A DNA stretch of 64,000 bases from an uncultured Thermoplasmata archaeon (GCA_964516805.1 CAZEXI010000002.1:3321-67320), one strand, 5' to 3'; positions 30,984 to 41,860 are shown, counted from the first letter of the stretch. The notes: a model not told the origin generated them from the letters alone. Numbers and translations are program-made.

Positions 30984-31781
30984 ATGGGTGAAGTGATAAT
31001 CGGAACTTGTGGTTATGGTTATTACAAGCCAAAAAAAGGGTGGAAAGACAGGTACAAGAGTAAATTACAAGCCTTCTCTGATCATTATAAATGCGTAGAA
31101 TTGAATAGAACTTTTTATAAACTTCCTATGAAAAAAACTGCAGAGAAATGGAAAAATAATGTTTTCGATAATTTTGAATTCACTTTAAAGGCATGGCAGG
31201 CTCTTACTCATCCAACCTCAAGCCCCACATGGAGAAATAAAAAGGATAAATTGACTGATTCACAGAAAAAAAATTTTGGTTATCTCCGTCCAAATGAATA
31301 TGTCATCAACGCTTGGAAAGAAACAAAAGATATAGCAGGTGCACTAGATGTCGATATCTGCGTGATTCAAACACCTAGAAGCTTTGAATGTAACTCTGAA
31401 AATGAAAAAAATATGAGAGAATTGTTCACAAATATCAAACATGATGACATTACTCTAGCATGGGAGCCACGAGGAAATTGGAAGGAGAACAAGGATAAAA
31501 TCAAATCTATATGTGATGATCTAGACTTAATTCACATAGTGGATATCATGAGAAGAAAACCGTTATCTGATCAAGACAAGGTTTACATCAGATTACATGG
31601 ACTGAACGAAGATGAATACGATTACAATTACGATTATTCAAATGAGGAACTAAAGGACTTGTCTGATAAACTGATGAATCTAACTGATTCTCATGAAAAA
31701 GTTTACTGTATGTTCAATAATTACGAGATGTACAATAATGCTGATACATTGAGAAACATCTTGAACCAAAATAAAGAATAA
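30984..31781 (+). CDS. DUF72 (UPF0759) family protein
   Basis: IGTCGYGY...VELNRTFYKLP...FEFTLKAWQALTH pattern. Confidence 0.65.
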   Translation: MGEVIIGTCGYGYYKPKKGWKDRYKSKLQAFSDHYKCVELNRTFYKLPMKKTAEKWKNNVFDNFEFTLKAWQALTHPTSSPTWRNKKDKLTDSQKKNFGYLRPNEYVINAWKETKDIAGALDVDICVIQTPRSFECNSENEKNMRELFTNIKHDDITLAWEPRGNWKENKDKIKSICDDLDLIHIVDIMRRKPLSDQDKVYIRLHGLNEDEYDYNYDYSNEELKDLSDKLMNLTDSHEKVYCMFNNYEMYNNADTLRNILNQNKE

Positions 31782-31812
31782 TTCCTTTATAGATTGTGTT
31801 TCATTCACGATT

Positions 31813-32586
31813 ATGAGAAAAATTTTGATAACTGCGGGAGTCCACGGTGACGAGTTTGGGTCTGTATTCGTGGCTAGAGAATTAAAGGGATGGGTTGAGG
31901 GTAAAGGGTTCGATAATATAGATATATTACCAAATGTGAATCTAGAAGCTCTCGAAGCATGGCAGAGGGAGAACCCTGAAGATGAAAAGGATCTTAACAG
32001 AGAATTTCCTGGTGATATTGATGGTTCTATCACAGAAAAAAGAGCCCATGATCTTTTTGAAAAAGCTAAGCGGTACGATTACGTTATAGACTTGCATACT
32101 TATGGCGAAGGTAGCCGATGCTTACCTTATATGCTCACTGATCTTACAAAAGAATACAATGTTGAACTCTGTAAAAATATTGGTGTGAAGTACGGGGTGC
32201 AAACAGGAGGAGATTCAGGACAGATGTTTCTAGAATTATCTAATCTTGGGATTCCTTCCATGATCATAGAATCAGGAGGATCACATTATTTACGTGAAAA
32301 AATAATGGACAGCGTTCTTGATAATCTAAAACAATTTATCTTAAACGAACAACGTAAAGAAGAAGTAAAATTTTACAGAAAATACACTAGATACAATCCT
32401 GAATTAGAAGGGACCTATGAACCGATAAAAAAACCAGGTGATACGGTTAAAGAAGGAGAGATAATTGGTTTTCTAGACGATAAAGAGATAGTTTCAAAGT
32501 ATGATGGATTTATTTTAGGTATCAAGATGAGTGGGGAATACGAATATGAAGAGGAAAGCCTTGCAGCGATAGCATTTGATGAATGA
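31813..32586 (+). CDS. succinylglutamate desuccinylase/aspartoacylase (AstE/AspA) family zinc hydrolase
   Basis: ITAGVHGDE zinc-binding motif near the N-terminus. Confidence 0.65.
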   Translation: MRKILITAGVHGDEFGSVFVARELKGWVEGKGFDNIDILPNVNLEALEAWQRENPEDEKDLNREFPGDIDGSITEKRAHDLFEKAKRYDYVIDLHTYGEGSRCLPYMLTDLTKEYNVELCKNIGVKYGVQTGGDSGQMFLELSNLGIPSMIIESGGSHYLREKIMDSVLDNLKQFILNEQRKEEVKFYRKYTRYNPELEGTYEPIKKPGDTVKEGEIIGFLDDKEIVSKYDGFILGIKMSGEYEYEEESLAAIAFDE

Positions 32587-32655
32587 TTTCAATCGGAGGT
32601 TTTTTAAACTTAGTTCCTATTAGGCTGAAATAACATATTAAAAGGGCTGGTTACA

Positions 32656-33204
32656 ATGGATGACTTAGTTATAGAAAACGTGGTAGCTTCCTCATCGATG
32701 GAAAAAAAGTTAGACCTATGGGAAATAGCAGAAGCACTAGAAGACTCACAATATGATCCAGATGATTTTCCTGGACTTATATATCGATTCGAAGACCCAA
32801 AGACAGCGATCTTATTGTTTGAAAGTGGAAAAGTAGTGTGCACTGGAGGCAAGACCGTAAAAGAAGCTGAAAAAAGCGTCAATAAAATGAAAGAATTGTT
32901 AAACAAAAACGACATCGAAACCGCTGACTCAGTTAATACAACAGTACAGAACATAGTGGCTTCATATGAGCTTGGCACAAATCTCAATCTAAGTTCAGTC
33001 GCTATTACACTCGGTTTAGAGAGAGTTGAATACGAACCTGAACAGTTCCCGGGGCTTGTTTACAGAGTGCCTGATTCAGAAGTAGTACTGCTCGTATTCG
33101 GTTCAGGCAGGATGGTTTGTACTGGAGGTAAAAACGAGGAAAATCTCGTAGAAGGTGTCAAACACATAGAAAAAGAACTGAAAGGAGCAGCTTTGATGAC
33201 ATAA
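32656..33204 (+). CDS. tbp: TATA-box-binding protein
   Basis: two direct repeats (IENVVASSSM... and VQNIVASYEL...) with FPGLIYR/FPGLVYR and VCTGGK motifs. Confidence 0.9.
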   Translation: MDDLVIENVVASSSMEKKLDLWEIAEALEDSQYDPDDFPGLIYRFEDPKTAILLFESGKVVCTGGKTVKEAEKSVNKMKELLNKNDIETADSVNTTVQNIVASYELGTNLNLSSVAITLGLERVEYEPEQFPGLVYRVPDSEVVLLVFGSGRMVCTGGKNEENLVEGVKHIEKELKGAALMT

Positions 33205-33209
33205 TTCCT

Positions 33210-33230
33210 GTTTTTTTCTTTTTTTATTTT
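33210..33230 (+). terminator. oligo-T tract downstream of tbp
   Basis: tttttttctttttttatttt immediately after the stop. Confidence 0.35.
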
Positions 33231-33283
33231 AAAACCTAAACCATCAGTAAAAAATAAATCAAATCTTTTCATAGGTTTAGATA

Positions 33284-34321
33284 ATGGATTTCAGGAAACT
33301 AGTTAAAAGAACGTATAAAGGTGTTATTGCTATAGTAGTTCTGGCACTTTTAGCAGGTGTTCTGTTTTTCTATATTGAAAAAGGACATCAGGATGTGTCT
33401 TTTTTTGACAGTATTTATTGGGCTGTAGTTACTATGACAACTGTTGGTTACGGTGATTTTTCACCTATTACTCCAGCAGGGAAAGTAGTTTTCATATTTT
33501 TAGGAACAGCGGGAGTCGTTCTTTGGGGATTCCTAGCAAGTGTAGTAGTTTCCCTTGTAGTAGAATCTAACCTTTCTGGGGTGTTTGGATTGAATGAATG
33601 TAAATTTGAAGATCATTTTGTGATATGTGGATGGACAGCTATTGGAGAGATCGCACTAGAAGAACTTTTGATGGATGATAATCAGATATCAGTGATCACC
33701 GATAACAAAGACGATGTGACCTCTATAAAAAGAAAAGGTAACCGAAAAAACCTATTTCCAATTTATGGCGATCCATCTAAGACAGAAATATTAGAGCAAG
33801 CTGGAGTTAATAAAGCATCAGTAGTAATTTTATGTATGGAAGATGATAGCCAAAACTTGATCACAGCTTTGCATATAAAGGATAAAAATCCATCAGCTAG
33901 ACTGATAGTCAAAACCAACAGGAATGAACTCAAAGAAACGATGGAGATAGCTGGAGTAACATTCGTGACTACACCGTATGAATTATCAGGTAGACTAGTA
34001 GCTAGCGCAGCTTTCGAACCAGACGTAGCTAACTTTGTGGATGATATAACAACTGCAACAGATAAAGGCGGTTATGATCTTAGAGAATATATAATCGATA
34101 AAAGGGCTAAAGTAAATAAGATCGCTAGAGAGCTTAAAAAGAAGACTAATACAACTTTATTAGCGGTCGCAAAGCCAAACGATGAAGATGACAAATGGGA
34201 CCTTCATCCAAATCCAGAGCACGAGATGATCGTACATCCTGGTGACTCGATAGTTTTACTCGGTAATAACGAGGAGTTTGAATCTGTAGAAGAACTTTTA
34301 GGAAAAAGTCACGGGAGATAA
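33284..34321 (+). CDS. potassium channel with C-terminal RCK/TrkA-N domain (MthK-like)
   Basis: selectivity filter TTVGYGD; Rossmann-like FVICGWTAIGE. Confidence 0.8.
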   Translation: MDFRKLVKRTYKGVIAIVVLALLAGVLFFYIEKGHQDVSFFDSIYWAVVTMTTVGYGDFSPITPAGKVVFIFLGTAGVVLWGFLASVVVSLVVESNLSGVFGLNECKFEDHFVICGWTAIGEIALEELLMDDNQISVITDNKDDVTSIKRKGNRKNLFPIYGDPSKTEILEQAGVNKASVVILCMEDDSQNLITALHIKDKNPSARLIVKTNRNELKETMEIAGVTFVTTPYELSGRLVASAAFEPDVANFVDDITTATDKGGYDLREYIIDKRAKVNKIARELKKKTNTTLLAVAKPNDEDDKWDLHPNPEHEMIVHPGDSIVLLGNNEEFESVEELLGKSHGR

Positions 34322-34362
34322 TAGTTAAATAACCTCATGTAATTAATCCGACAAGGGTAATT

Positions 34363-35556
34363 ATGGCAGAGTACGAAGATAGAGAAAGATTCATACCATT
34401 GAACACTTCCGATATCATCGAAGAACTTTCTAAAGAACTTAATACTGAAAAAGGAGAGCAATTCAAAGATTTTTCTCTTTTAGTAGAGAATATAATACAC
34501 CATGAATTTCAATCTGATATCGAAGAATTGGAAGAACTTTATTTTCCTTTCGATCCAGATACTGACAAAAAAAAGATCAATAGTATCTCCATGGAAGAAA
34601 GAAAAAATATTGAGAATAATTTTTACGAGAAAATGACAAAGTTGCTAGACAAAGCTAATTTTAATAAAATGGATGATCAAGAAATCGATTATGCATTAAA
34701 AGAAGATTCTGAAATAGCTGTTAATGTTGAGGTCGACATGGATGATTTCGATAAGATCTTACTATTCAAAAGGGGTAAAACCAAAACAAAAGAAAAAGTA
34801 CCTAAATATTTCCTAATATTAAAAAAATTCTTTAAAAAGGAGATTGAACTTGACATTTATAATAGGATCGTTATGATAATTAAATTTGATGAATCGTATG
34901 ATCCTGATGAAAACACATTGAAGAAAGATATAAAGAAAGACAAGATTCATTTAAAATCCTTCAAAAATGTTCCAAAAAAAGACATAGAGATGATATTACC
35001 TAATCCAAAAGTAAAGATGGCTTTATTGGATAAATTGAAGATCATTGTACCAGCACTTTTAGGCATCGGTGCTGGAGCTTCGAAATTCTTAAATGTGCTT
35101 TCGGGTGAAACTGGCACCGTTGTGACTATATCTGTCATAGCTGCTCTGGTAGGTTACATGATCAAAAGTTATGTTAGTTATAAAAATACCATACTCGATT
35201 ATATAACAAATCTTACTTCAGGTCTATACTTTAAAAATCTAGGTAACAATGAAAGTATCATGCATTATATAGGCAATGAAGCAGAAGAAGAAGAGACAAA
35301 AGAAACAATTTTGGGATACTATTTCATATTAAATAACGAAGGTATATCTACCAAAGAACTTGACAATAAAATAGAGGACTGGTTTGAAAAAAGAAATATC
35401 TATATCGACTTAGAAATAGACGATTCTATTAGAAAGCTGAAGGAATTAAATCTTATAGAAGAAAAGAGTGATGGTGGTTGGAAAGCAGTCAGTCTAGAAG
35501 AAGCTCTAACTCGTCTCGACAAAATCTGGGACAATTATTACAGCTACAACTCCTAG
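34363..35556 (+). CDS. hypothetical protein with central TM hairpin
   Basis: 397 aa, K/E-rich, two adjacent TM helices around aa 225-265. Confidence 0.4.
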   Translation: MAEYEDRERFIPLNTSDIIEELSKELNTEKGEQFKDFSLLVENIIHHEFQSDIEELEELYFPFDPDTDKKKINSISMEERKNIENNFYEKMTKLLDKANFNKMDDQEIDYALKEDSEIAVNVEVDMDDFDKILLFKRGKTKTKEKVPKYFLILKKFFKKEIELDIYNRIVMIIKFDESYDPDENTLKKDIKKDKIHLKSFKNVPKKDIEMILPNPKVKMALLDKLKIIVPALLGIGAGASKFLNVLSGETGTVVTISVIAALVGYMIKSYVSYKNTILDYITNLTSGLYFKNLGNNESIMHYIGNEAEEEETKETILGYYFILNNEGISTKELDNKIEDWFEKRNIYIDLEIDDSIRKLKELNLIEEKSDGGWKAVSLEEALTRLDKIWDNYYSYNS

Positions 35557-36041
35557 AGATATCCATAATCATGCAGAATCTCTGCAGTCCACTTAGCTGA
35601 TCTTTTTACTACTTCTGGGCATACTTTCTCTGGACCCTTAGATTCTGCAAAACATTCTACTTCGTCTTCATCCCAGAAATCAAAACTTCTCCCTATTTTT
35701 TCTTCTTGAATATCACAGCAGTCTATAGAACCGTATTCTTCTTCGAATCTGCGAACTATTTCTTTACACATATCTCTGCAGTCATCTGGGGTAGGTTCAT
35801 TGTAATCATCATACTCTCTCCCACTCAAGTAGCTGATCACCATTACAGCTCCATTCAATGCACCACAGGAATTACCTGATAGACCAACTCCTCCGTACAA
35901 TCCACAAGAAGATCTGAATACATCTTCGCTTGGAAATCCATAAGTTTCTAAAAAAGCACCGCAAACTCCTTGAGCACAATTACCATATTTCATTTCATTT
36001 TCGTATGCTGATTTTTCTAATTCTGATAATTTCTTGACCAT
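35553..36041 (-). CDS. C_GCAxxG_C_C family protein (putative redox-active)
   Basis: GNCAQGVCGAF and NSCGALNGAVM signature cysteines. Confidence 0.7.
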   Translation of the reverse strand: MVKKLSELEKSAYENEMKYGNCAQGVCGAFLETYGFPSEDVFRSSCGLYGGVGLSGNSCGALNGAVMVISYLSGREYDDYNEPTPDDCRDMCKEIVRRFEEEYGSIDCCDIQEEKIGRSFDFWDEDEVECFAESKGPEKVCPEVVKRSAKWTAEILHDYGYL

Positions 36042-36067
36042 AATGATTTAAGATTACATCTAAGTTT

Positions 36068-36334
36068 TTAAGGTTTTTTAGACCTCGATATTTGATTTGA
36101 AATGTCCTTGATGATCAAAACTACTCCAGCTAGTACTAAAGCTCCACCGAAAAATTTCCCACTCTGGTTTATCAGATCATAAGTGTATTCTGATTCTTCA
36201 GTATTCTCTTCAGATATAGATGATATAAAAATAAATGATAACAATATAAATATGCCAAAAATCAACAAAGTGATACCTATCTTAGTATTTTCATCCAAAT
36301 CGGTAATATATTTCTTCTGGTTCAATTTAAACAT
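36068..36334 (-). CDS. small membrane protein, hypothetical
   Basis: 88 aa, 2 TM. Confidence 0.35.
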   Translation of the reverse strand: MFKLNQKKYITDLDENTKIGITLLIFGIFILLSFIFISSISEENTEESEYTYDLINQSGKFFGGALVLAGVVLIIKDISNQISRSKKP

Positions 36335-36455
36335 CTCAGCTTAATAATACTGATTGCTCCCTAAATCTCTTTTCCATCAAGAATACAGTTATATTATAAT
36401 AAGGAAAAATATCTATAATACTTATCAATGGTCACGATAAGATAGGTGTTTAAAG

Positions 36456-37628
36456 ATGAAGAAATCTTTCTGGTTGCTCACTTCATTTGCCCTAGTATCA
36501 TCTGTTGGGTCCAGCATGGTCATGCCATACATACCTATCTATGGTAAAGAGATAGGTATGAGCGTGGCTTTAGCAGGTATTCTCGTTTTCGTTTTTTACG
36601 GAATGGACACACTAGCTAGGATACCTATAGGTTCTCTATCAGGTTTGATCGGTTATCATAGGGTAGTTCTTGGAGGAGGTATTTCTTTATTTGCTGCATC
36701 TATATTGTATAATATTTCAGATCCGTATCCTAAATTATTATTTCTAGCACAGCTATTTTTCGGTGTCGGTTTTTCAATGACCTGGGTGACTATACCTTCC
36801 TATATCACTCTTAAAAAGCAGTCGTTATCTATTTATTCTTTCTTTGTAGGTGTAGGATGGTTCCTAGGGCCACCTTTGGGCGGTTATATTAAAGATTCTA
36901 TCGGTATGGGTTCGCTTTTTATAGGTTTCTTCATCCATGCTGTTATATTGATCTTAATTGCAGTGTTATTCTACTTTGTCCATCGACCAAACTTTGATTA
37001 TGGGAAAAAAATAGACAATTTTAGTACAGAAGTAGCTAATTCATTCATACAAGGCGTTAAAATCGCCATGAAAGGTGGAAGAGTAGTGATCGCATTCGCT
37101 GTTTCATTCATAATGTTCATGGCTTTCTCCATGGCATATTCCTTAGTTCCCTTGTATTTTGAAGCAGTTGGATTGATAAGCTTTCAGATAGGGATCTTAC
37201 AATCATTTCGTCAAGGTTCTTCCACAATTGTGAGATTAGGTCTGAAAAAAATACTGAGTATAGCTGATGATGTGACAGTTTTAACTGTAGGGATGTTTGG
37301 TACTGGTCTGTCTATAATCCTGATATCGATGATAGAATCACAGATTTGGTTGACAGTATTTTCAGTCATGTGGGGGTTATCTGCAGGCATGTACTTTCCT
37401 ATAGTGATAGATTTGATAGCCAAAGGGACTGATGAAAAAGAGAGAGGTATCGCTCTAGGTGTAAGAGGTACTATAGGAACTATGGGTTCAGCTATCGGAG
37501 TACTTCTATTCTCAGGTCTCGCTGATACATTCAGTGTTCATTTTTCATTGACTTTAGTAGGAACCTTCGTATTTGGATTTGGATTATTTGTCTGGATCAT
37601 GTGGAATTATTATATGAAAAAAGATTAG
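36456..37628 (+). CDS. MFS transporter
   Basis: 390 aa, 12 TM, MFS-like loop motifs. Confidence 0.7.
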   Translation: MKKSFWLLTSFALVSSVGSSMVMPYIPIYGKEIGMSVALAGILVFVFYGMDTLARIPIGSLSGLIGYHRVVLGGGISLFAASILYNISDPYPKLLFLAQLFFGVGFSMTWVTIPSYITLKKQSLSIYSFFVGVGWFLGPPLGGYIKDSIGMGSLFIGFFIHAVILILIAVLFYFVHRPNFDYGKKIDNFSTEVANSFIQGVKIAMKGGRVVIAFAVSFIMFMAFSMAYSLVPLYFEAVGLISFQIGILQSFRQGSSTIVRLGLKKILSIADDVTVLTVGMFGTGLSIILISMIESQIWLTVFSVMWGLSAGMYFPIVIDLIAKGTDEKERGIALGVRGTIGTMGSAIGVLLFSGLADTFSVHFSLTLVGTFVFGFGLFVWIMWNYYMKKD

Positions 37629-37652
37629 TTTTAGCTGGTTATAAATAAAGGA

Positions 37653-38168
37653 TCATCCGTACATCGGATACTTGTTTCTGAACTTCTTTCTCAGCTTTTT
37701 CTTCAGTTCCTTATCAATTTTTTTATGGTCATCAAATGATTTCTTGAAGGGATTACCTCTATTATACGGTCCTACCATCACCAGTTCCTTTTTATTTATG
37801 TTATCAGGTGAAGAAGGTTGTTCTTTCATCTTTTTACCTATAATTTTCTTTGTTATCTTTTTCTTCTCCTCATCTTCAGATTCGGAAACTGCATACATGA
37901 AGTTCTCAAGCTCGTCCTCTGTAAATCTGCGGAAACCAAAACTAGGAAGGTCCTCTTCCAGCTGATCCTCATCTATGTTGATCTTAGTTCCAGTTCCCAA
38001 AGGATTCTGAGTGTAGATCGAATCCATCTTGATAAAATACCCTTTATCATCATGTAAGATGTAGATATTGTAGAATTCACCAGATTTATCAGTCCAAAAC
38101 GTCCAACCTTCCGGATTTTCCTTGTAATCTTCTAGAAAGTTCTGCATCACTTTTTTTATGTCTTTCAT
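37653..38168 (-). CDS. hypothetical protein with basic C-terminal tail
   Basis: 171-aa ORF; no motif recognised. Confidence 0.4.
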   Translation of the reverse strand: MKDIKKVMQNFLEDYKENPEGWTFWTDKSGEFYNIYILHDDKGYFIKMDSIYTQNPLGTGTKINIDEDQLEEDLPSFGFRRFTEDELENFMYAVSESEDEEKKKITKKIIGKKMKEQPSSPDNINKKELVMVGPYNRGNPFKKSFDDHKKIDKELKKKLRKKFRNKYPMYG

Positions 38169-38261
38169 ACTGGTCCATAATCAGAATGATGTGTGATTTA
38201 AATCTTATCGTTTTGTTAACTCTACCGAAACAATAAATATATCCTCCCAATAAAAATATCG

Positions 38262-38948
38262 ATGATTGACAAAATTTTAAATGTTCAGATATTCTGGGTT
38301 CTTGTCATATCAATCTATGCTGTAATCATAACAATATTCACTAAAATAACGTATGAATTCATGATTAAAAGACAGGTAAAGAAAACCGTTGCTGTATATT
38401 ATAACAGGAAGATAGTCCATATTATTGGAGGAGGAGTACCACTATTGATGGTACCATTCGTTTTTGATTCGCCGATTTATCCGCTGATAACCGGTCTGAT
38501 ATTAGCAACTTTTACTTACATACCTTTCAAAAAAGGTGAAATCTTATATTGGGTCCAGACAGAGGAAAACATGAACGATGTTAAATTCTGTTTGATGTGG
38601 GGATTGATAGTGTTCCTGCTTTGGTACATCATGGGTAGTCCATGGATAGCTATAATACCACCTGCTTTCATGGCTTTTGGTGATGCTGTAACAGGCCTTG
38701 GTAGGAATTTCTTTTTTCAGAAAAGGACGAAACATCCACTTGGTAACGTGTTCATGCTGATAGTTAGTTTACCTATAGGTTATTTCTTTGCAGGAATAGA
38801 AGGGATCGCTATATGGGGGGTTATAGCGGCACTGGTAGCAACCTTTGTAGAGAGATACGAATTTGGGCCTATCGATGATAATATATTGATCACCGTATTC
38901 GCTTCTATCATTTTGCTGATCGGAAATTACGTTGGACCTATTGTATGA
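38262..38948 (+). CDS. integral membrane protein, hypothetical
   Basis: 228 aa, 6-7 TM. Confidence 0.4.
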   Translation: MIDKILNVQIFWVLVISIYAVIITIFTKITYEFMIKRQVKKTVAVYYNRKIVHIIGGGVPLLMVPFVFDSPIYPLITGLILATFTYIPFKKGEILYWVQTEENMNDVKFCLMWGLIVFLLWYIMGSPWIAIIPPAFMAFGDAVTGLGRNFFFQKRTKHPLGNVFMLIVSLPIGYFFAGIEGIAIWGVIAALVATFVERYEFGPIDDNILITVFASIILLIGNYVGPIV

Positions 38949-39011
38949 ATTTATCAGAAATCGTAACACAGCAAATTTTATTATACCCATCTTGTTACGA
39001 TTTATGGTATC

Positions 39012-40190
39012 ATGAACATCGATAGTATAAGAAAGGATTTTCCATTGATAGACGATTACACTTATTTTGACAATGCATGCATGACCATAAAGCCCTATCC
39101 TGTCATAGAAGCTACAACTGAATACTATGAATCTTATCCTGTCTGCGGTGGTGGACGTGTTCCTAATGTTCTTACTAATAAAGTCGACGATAAGATCAGA
39201 AGAGGAAGAGAATCTGTAAAAAAATTGATAAACGCAGATTCGACTGAAGAACTGGTTTTTACCAAAAATACTACAGAAGGAATAAACCTGGTTTCAAGAG
39301 GATTGGATCTGAAGAAAGGAGATGTTGTTTTATCTACGAATAAAGAACACAACAGCAATCTTGCACCCTGGATCAAACTTAAGGAAGAAGTTGGGATCGA
39401 ATATGAGCAGATCCCTTTCAAAGAAAATGGTGAATTGGATTTAGAACTATTGAAAGAGAAGATGAATGAAGAAGTTAAATTGGTCTCCATGGTCCATACC
39501 AGCAATGTTGATGGTACTACTATCCCTGCATCTGAAGTTGCAGATATAGCACACGACTATGATGCACTGTTCATGCTGGATGGGGCACAGAGTGTTCCAC
39601 ATAGACCTTTCGATGTTAAAGAGGAAGATATCGATATACTCAATTTTTCAATACATAAGATGCTTGGACCCACTGGAGTAGGGGTCCTTTATGCTTCAGA
39701 AGATATCTTGGAAGAGCTATCACCACTGGCTGTTGGTGGAGGAAGTGTAGTTGAATCTACTTATAAGGATATTGATCTTCACGATATACCTCAAAAATTC
39801 GAATGTGGTCTTCAGAACTATTCTGGTTTGTGTGGTGTAGAAGAAGCTGTGAATTACCTGATGGATATCGGGCTGGAAAATATAGAGAAGCATGAAAAGA
39901 AGTTGAACAAATACGTTACTGAAAGGTTGAAAGGCAAAGTCAATATCATAGGACCAGAGGACCCAAAAAAGAGATCAGGTATATTCAACTTCTATATGGA
40001 GGATATGAGTGCTGAAGATATATCTAAACAACTTGAAAAGAACAATATCATCACTAGATTCGGAAGAAACTGTGCTTACTCATGGTACAATTCAGAGGGT
40101 ATAAAAGAAGGTGTTAGGGCCTCTTTCTATATCTATAATTCGATGGAAGAAGTCGAGAAGTTTGTTGATGTGATGGAAGAGATAGTTTGA
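39012..40190 (+). CDS. class-V aminotransferase / cysteine desulfurase (SufS/CsdA-like)
   Basis: PLP-lysine motif SIHKMLGPTGVGVLY; HTSNVDGT; 392 aa. Confidence 0.8.
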   Translation: MNIDSIRKDFPLIDDYTYFDNACMTIKPYPVIEATTEYYESYPVCGGGRVPNVLTNKVDDKIRRGRESVKKLINADSTEELVFTKNTTEGINLVSRGLDLKKGDVVLSTNKEHNSNLAPWIKLKEEVGIEYEQIPFKENGELDLELLKEKMNEEVKLVSMVHTSNVDGTTIPASEVADIAHDYDALFMLDGAQSVPHRPFDVKEEDIDILNFSIHKMLGPTGVGVLYASEDILEELSPLAVGGGSVVESTYKDIDLHDIPQKFECGLQNYSGLCGVEEAVNYLMDIGLENIEKHEKKLNKYVTERLKGKVNIIGPEDPKKRSGIFNFYMEDMSAEDISKQLEKNNIITRFGRNCAYSWYNSEGIKEGVRASFYIYNSMEEVEKFVDVMEEIV

Positions 40191-40214
40191 TTCCTTTAAT
40201 ACCTTGTTTAAGAT

Positions 40215-40766
40215 TCAGTAACCTATAGATTCTAGATAAAACATCACTGCAGAAAGTATGATCACAATTACTGAGACTACAATCCATGGATTGATACCTA
40301 ACATCTCTGGTATGGTTTTATTTCCAAGATTCTTTTTGAAGAGAATTTTTCTTATGCTCGTATAATAATGTGCGAATATACCTGCTCCAGTCAATATACC
40401 TAATACACCAAATACAGCATGAACAGAACCTGAACCTACTGCTCCCACTGAAGTTCCTGGACAATAACCTAGCAGGGCAAAGCCAACTCCAAAAATCAAA
40501 CCCCCGATTAGGATCGGATATACTCTACATGCTTTAGGTTGCAGTTCTATCAATCCCAAAGTTTTCATGGTATAGATCCCCAATGTACCAGTTATTATGG
40601 CAGAAAATATTATCTTTAGGACCGTAAAATCCCTTAGAAGTAGCTGTTCTATGATAACATCAAATTGAGTTGCCCCTCCTTTATGGAGCAGAAAACCAAA
40701 TACTACACCGATAAGAAAACCGATGAACAACTGTAATTTTTTCTTTTTATGTAATCTATCGAACAT
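40215..40766 (-). CDS. YeeE/YedE family sulfur-compound transporter, C-terminal-half homolog
   Basis: GYCPGT motif; 5 TM. Confidence 0.7.
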   Translation of the reverse strand: MFDRLHKKKKLQLFIGFLIGVVFGFLLHKGGATQFDVIIEQLLLRDFTVLKIIFSAIITGTLGIYTMKTLGLIELQPKACRVYPILIGGLIFGVGFALLGYCPGTSVGAVGSGSVHAVFGVLGILTGAGIFAHYYTSIRKILFKKNLGNKTIPEMLGINPWIVVSVIVIILSAVMFYLESIGY

Positions 40767-41291
40767 TCAGATACCCCCCATGAATGAGTAAAGAAAGAAT
40801 GCTGTAGCTATTCCACCTATGAAGAAAAATATGAATGCTAACCAGCTTCCTACAGCCATCTGGATAGTACCGCTTATCCCATGTCCGCTGGTACATCCAC
40901 CTGCCATCCTAGATCCGAAACCGATGAAAATACCGCCTATGAAACCTGTTACGAACCTAAAGATCAACGTGTTCCCGAATGCACTTTCCCAGATACTCGG
41001 GATGGTTTCTACATTAAAATTTCCGGATAGAAGAGAGGAAATAAAAGCTCCAAATAGAACACCCAGTACAAGCATCCACTCCCAATCAATTTTAGGGATG
41101 AACTCTTTGTAATATTCTTTCTGTTCTACTTTCTTACCTCTTACGGCCTTTTCAGTCATACCTGTAGTTCTAGCAAATGCTGTCGAACAGCCTATCGCTT
41201 TATCAGAAAAAATAAAACTTAACCAAACAAGAACACCTATCCCAATACCTACAATATAAGGAGACCATCTTGCTGAAAGAAACCAATCCAT
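40767..41291 (-). CDS. YeeE/YedE family sulfur-compound transporter, N-terminal-half homolog
   Basis: IGCSTAF and AGGCTSGHG motifs; abuts the next gene with no gap. Confidence 0.7.
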   Translation of the reverse strand: MDWFLSARWSPYIVGIGIGVLVWLSFIFSDKAIGCSTAFARTTGMTEKAVRGKKVEQKEYYKEFIPKIDWEWMLVLGVLFGAFISSLLSGNFNVETIPSIWESAFGNTLIFRFVTGFIGGIFIGFGSRMAGGCTSGHGISGTIQMAVGSWLAFIFFFIGGIATAFFLYSFMGGI

Positions 41292-41395
41292 ATTCTCACA
41301 ATTATATGTAATTAACTTATTCTATTTTATTATATTGCATCGTTTGACAGGAAAGTATTTACGCTCATAAGAACTAATATAGTAAGGGGATTAAC

Positions 41396-41860
41396 ATGGA
41401 GATTGGTGATATATTTCCAAAATTAGAGAGCGAAAGTTTATCAGGTAAGAAAGTAAAGGTTCCTGATGATCTTAATGGTGAAGTCAACCTTATAAGTATA
41501 GCATTTGTAAGAGAAGCACAGGCTATGATCGATTCATGGGTGGAACCTTTCCAGGAAATGTGTGAGGGAAAATCAGCATACGAGTTACCTATGATCGATG
41601 GATATTTCTGGAAAATATTTTCAGGCTTCATTGACGAAGGTATGAAAGCAGGGATACCAGAAGATAAACATGATTATGTGATAACATACTACGGAGATAC
41701 TTCCAAGTTCAGAAAACAGTTAGGAATAGATGATAGAAATCTAGCATACGTCTACTTATTAAACGAGGATGGAAGGATAGTATGGTCTGGTAAAGGCTTT
41801 GCCGATGAAGAAGGATTAGATAACATGGCAGAGCATCTTAAAAAAGTATGTTCCGTGTGA
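41396..41860 (+). CDS. hypothetical protein, possibly thioredoxin-like fold
   Basis: 154-aa ORF, weak resemblance only. Confidence 0.35.
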   Translation: MEIGDIFPKLESESLSGKKVKVPDDLNGEVNLISIAFVREAQAMIDSWVEPFQEMCEGKSAYELPMIDGYFWKIFSGFIDEGMKAGIPEDKHDYVITYYGDTSKFRKQLGIDDRNLAYVYLLNEDGRIVWSGKGFADEEGLDNMAEHLKKVCSV

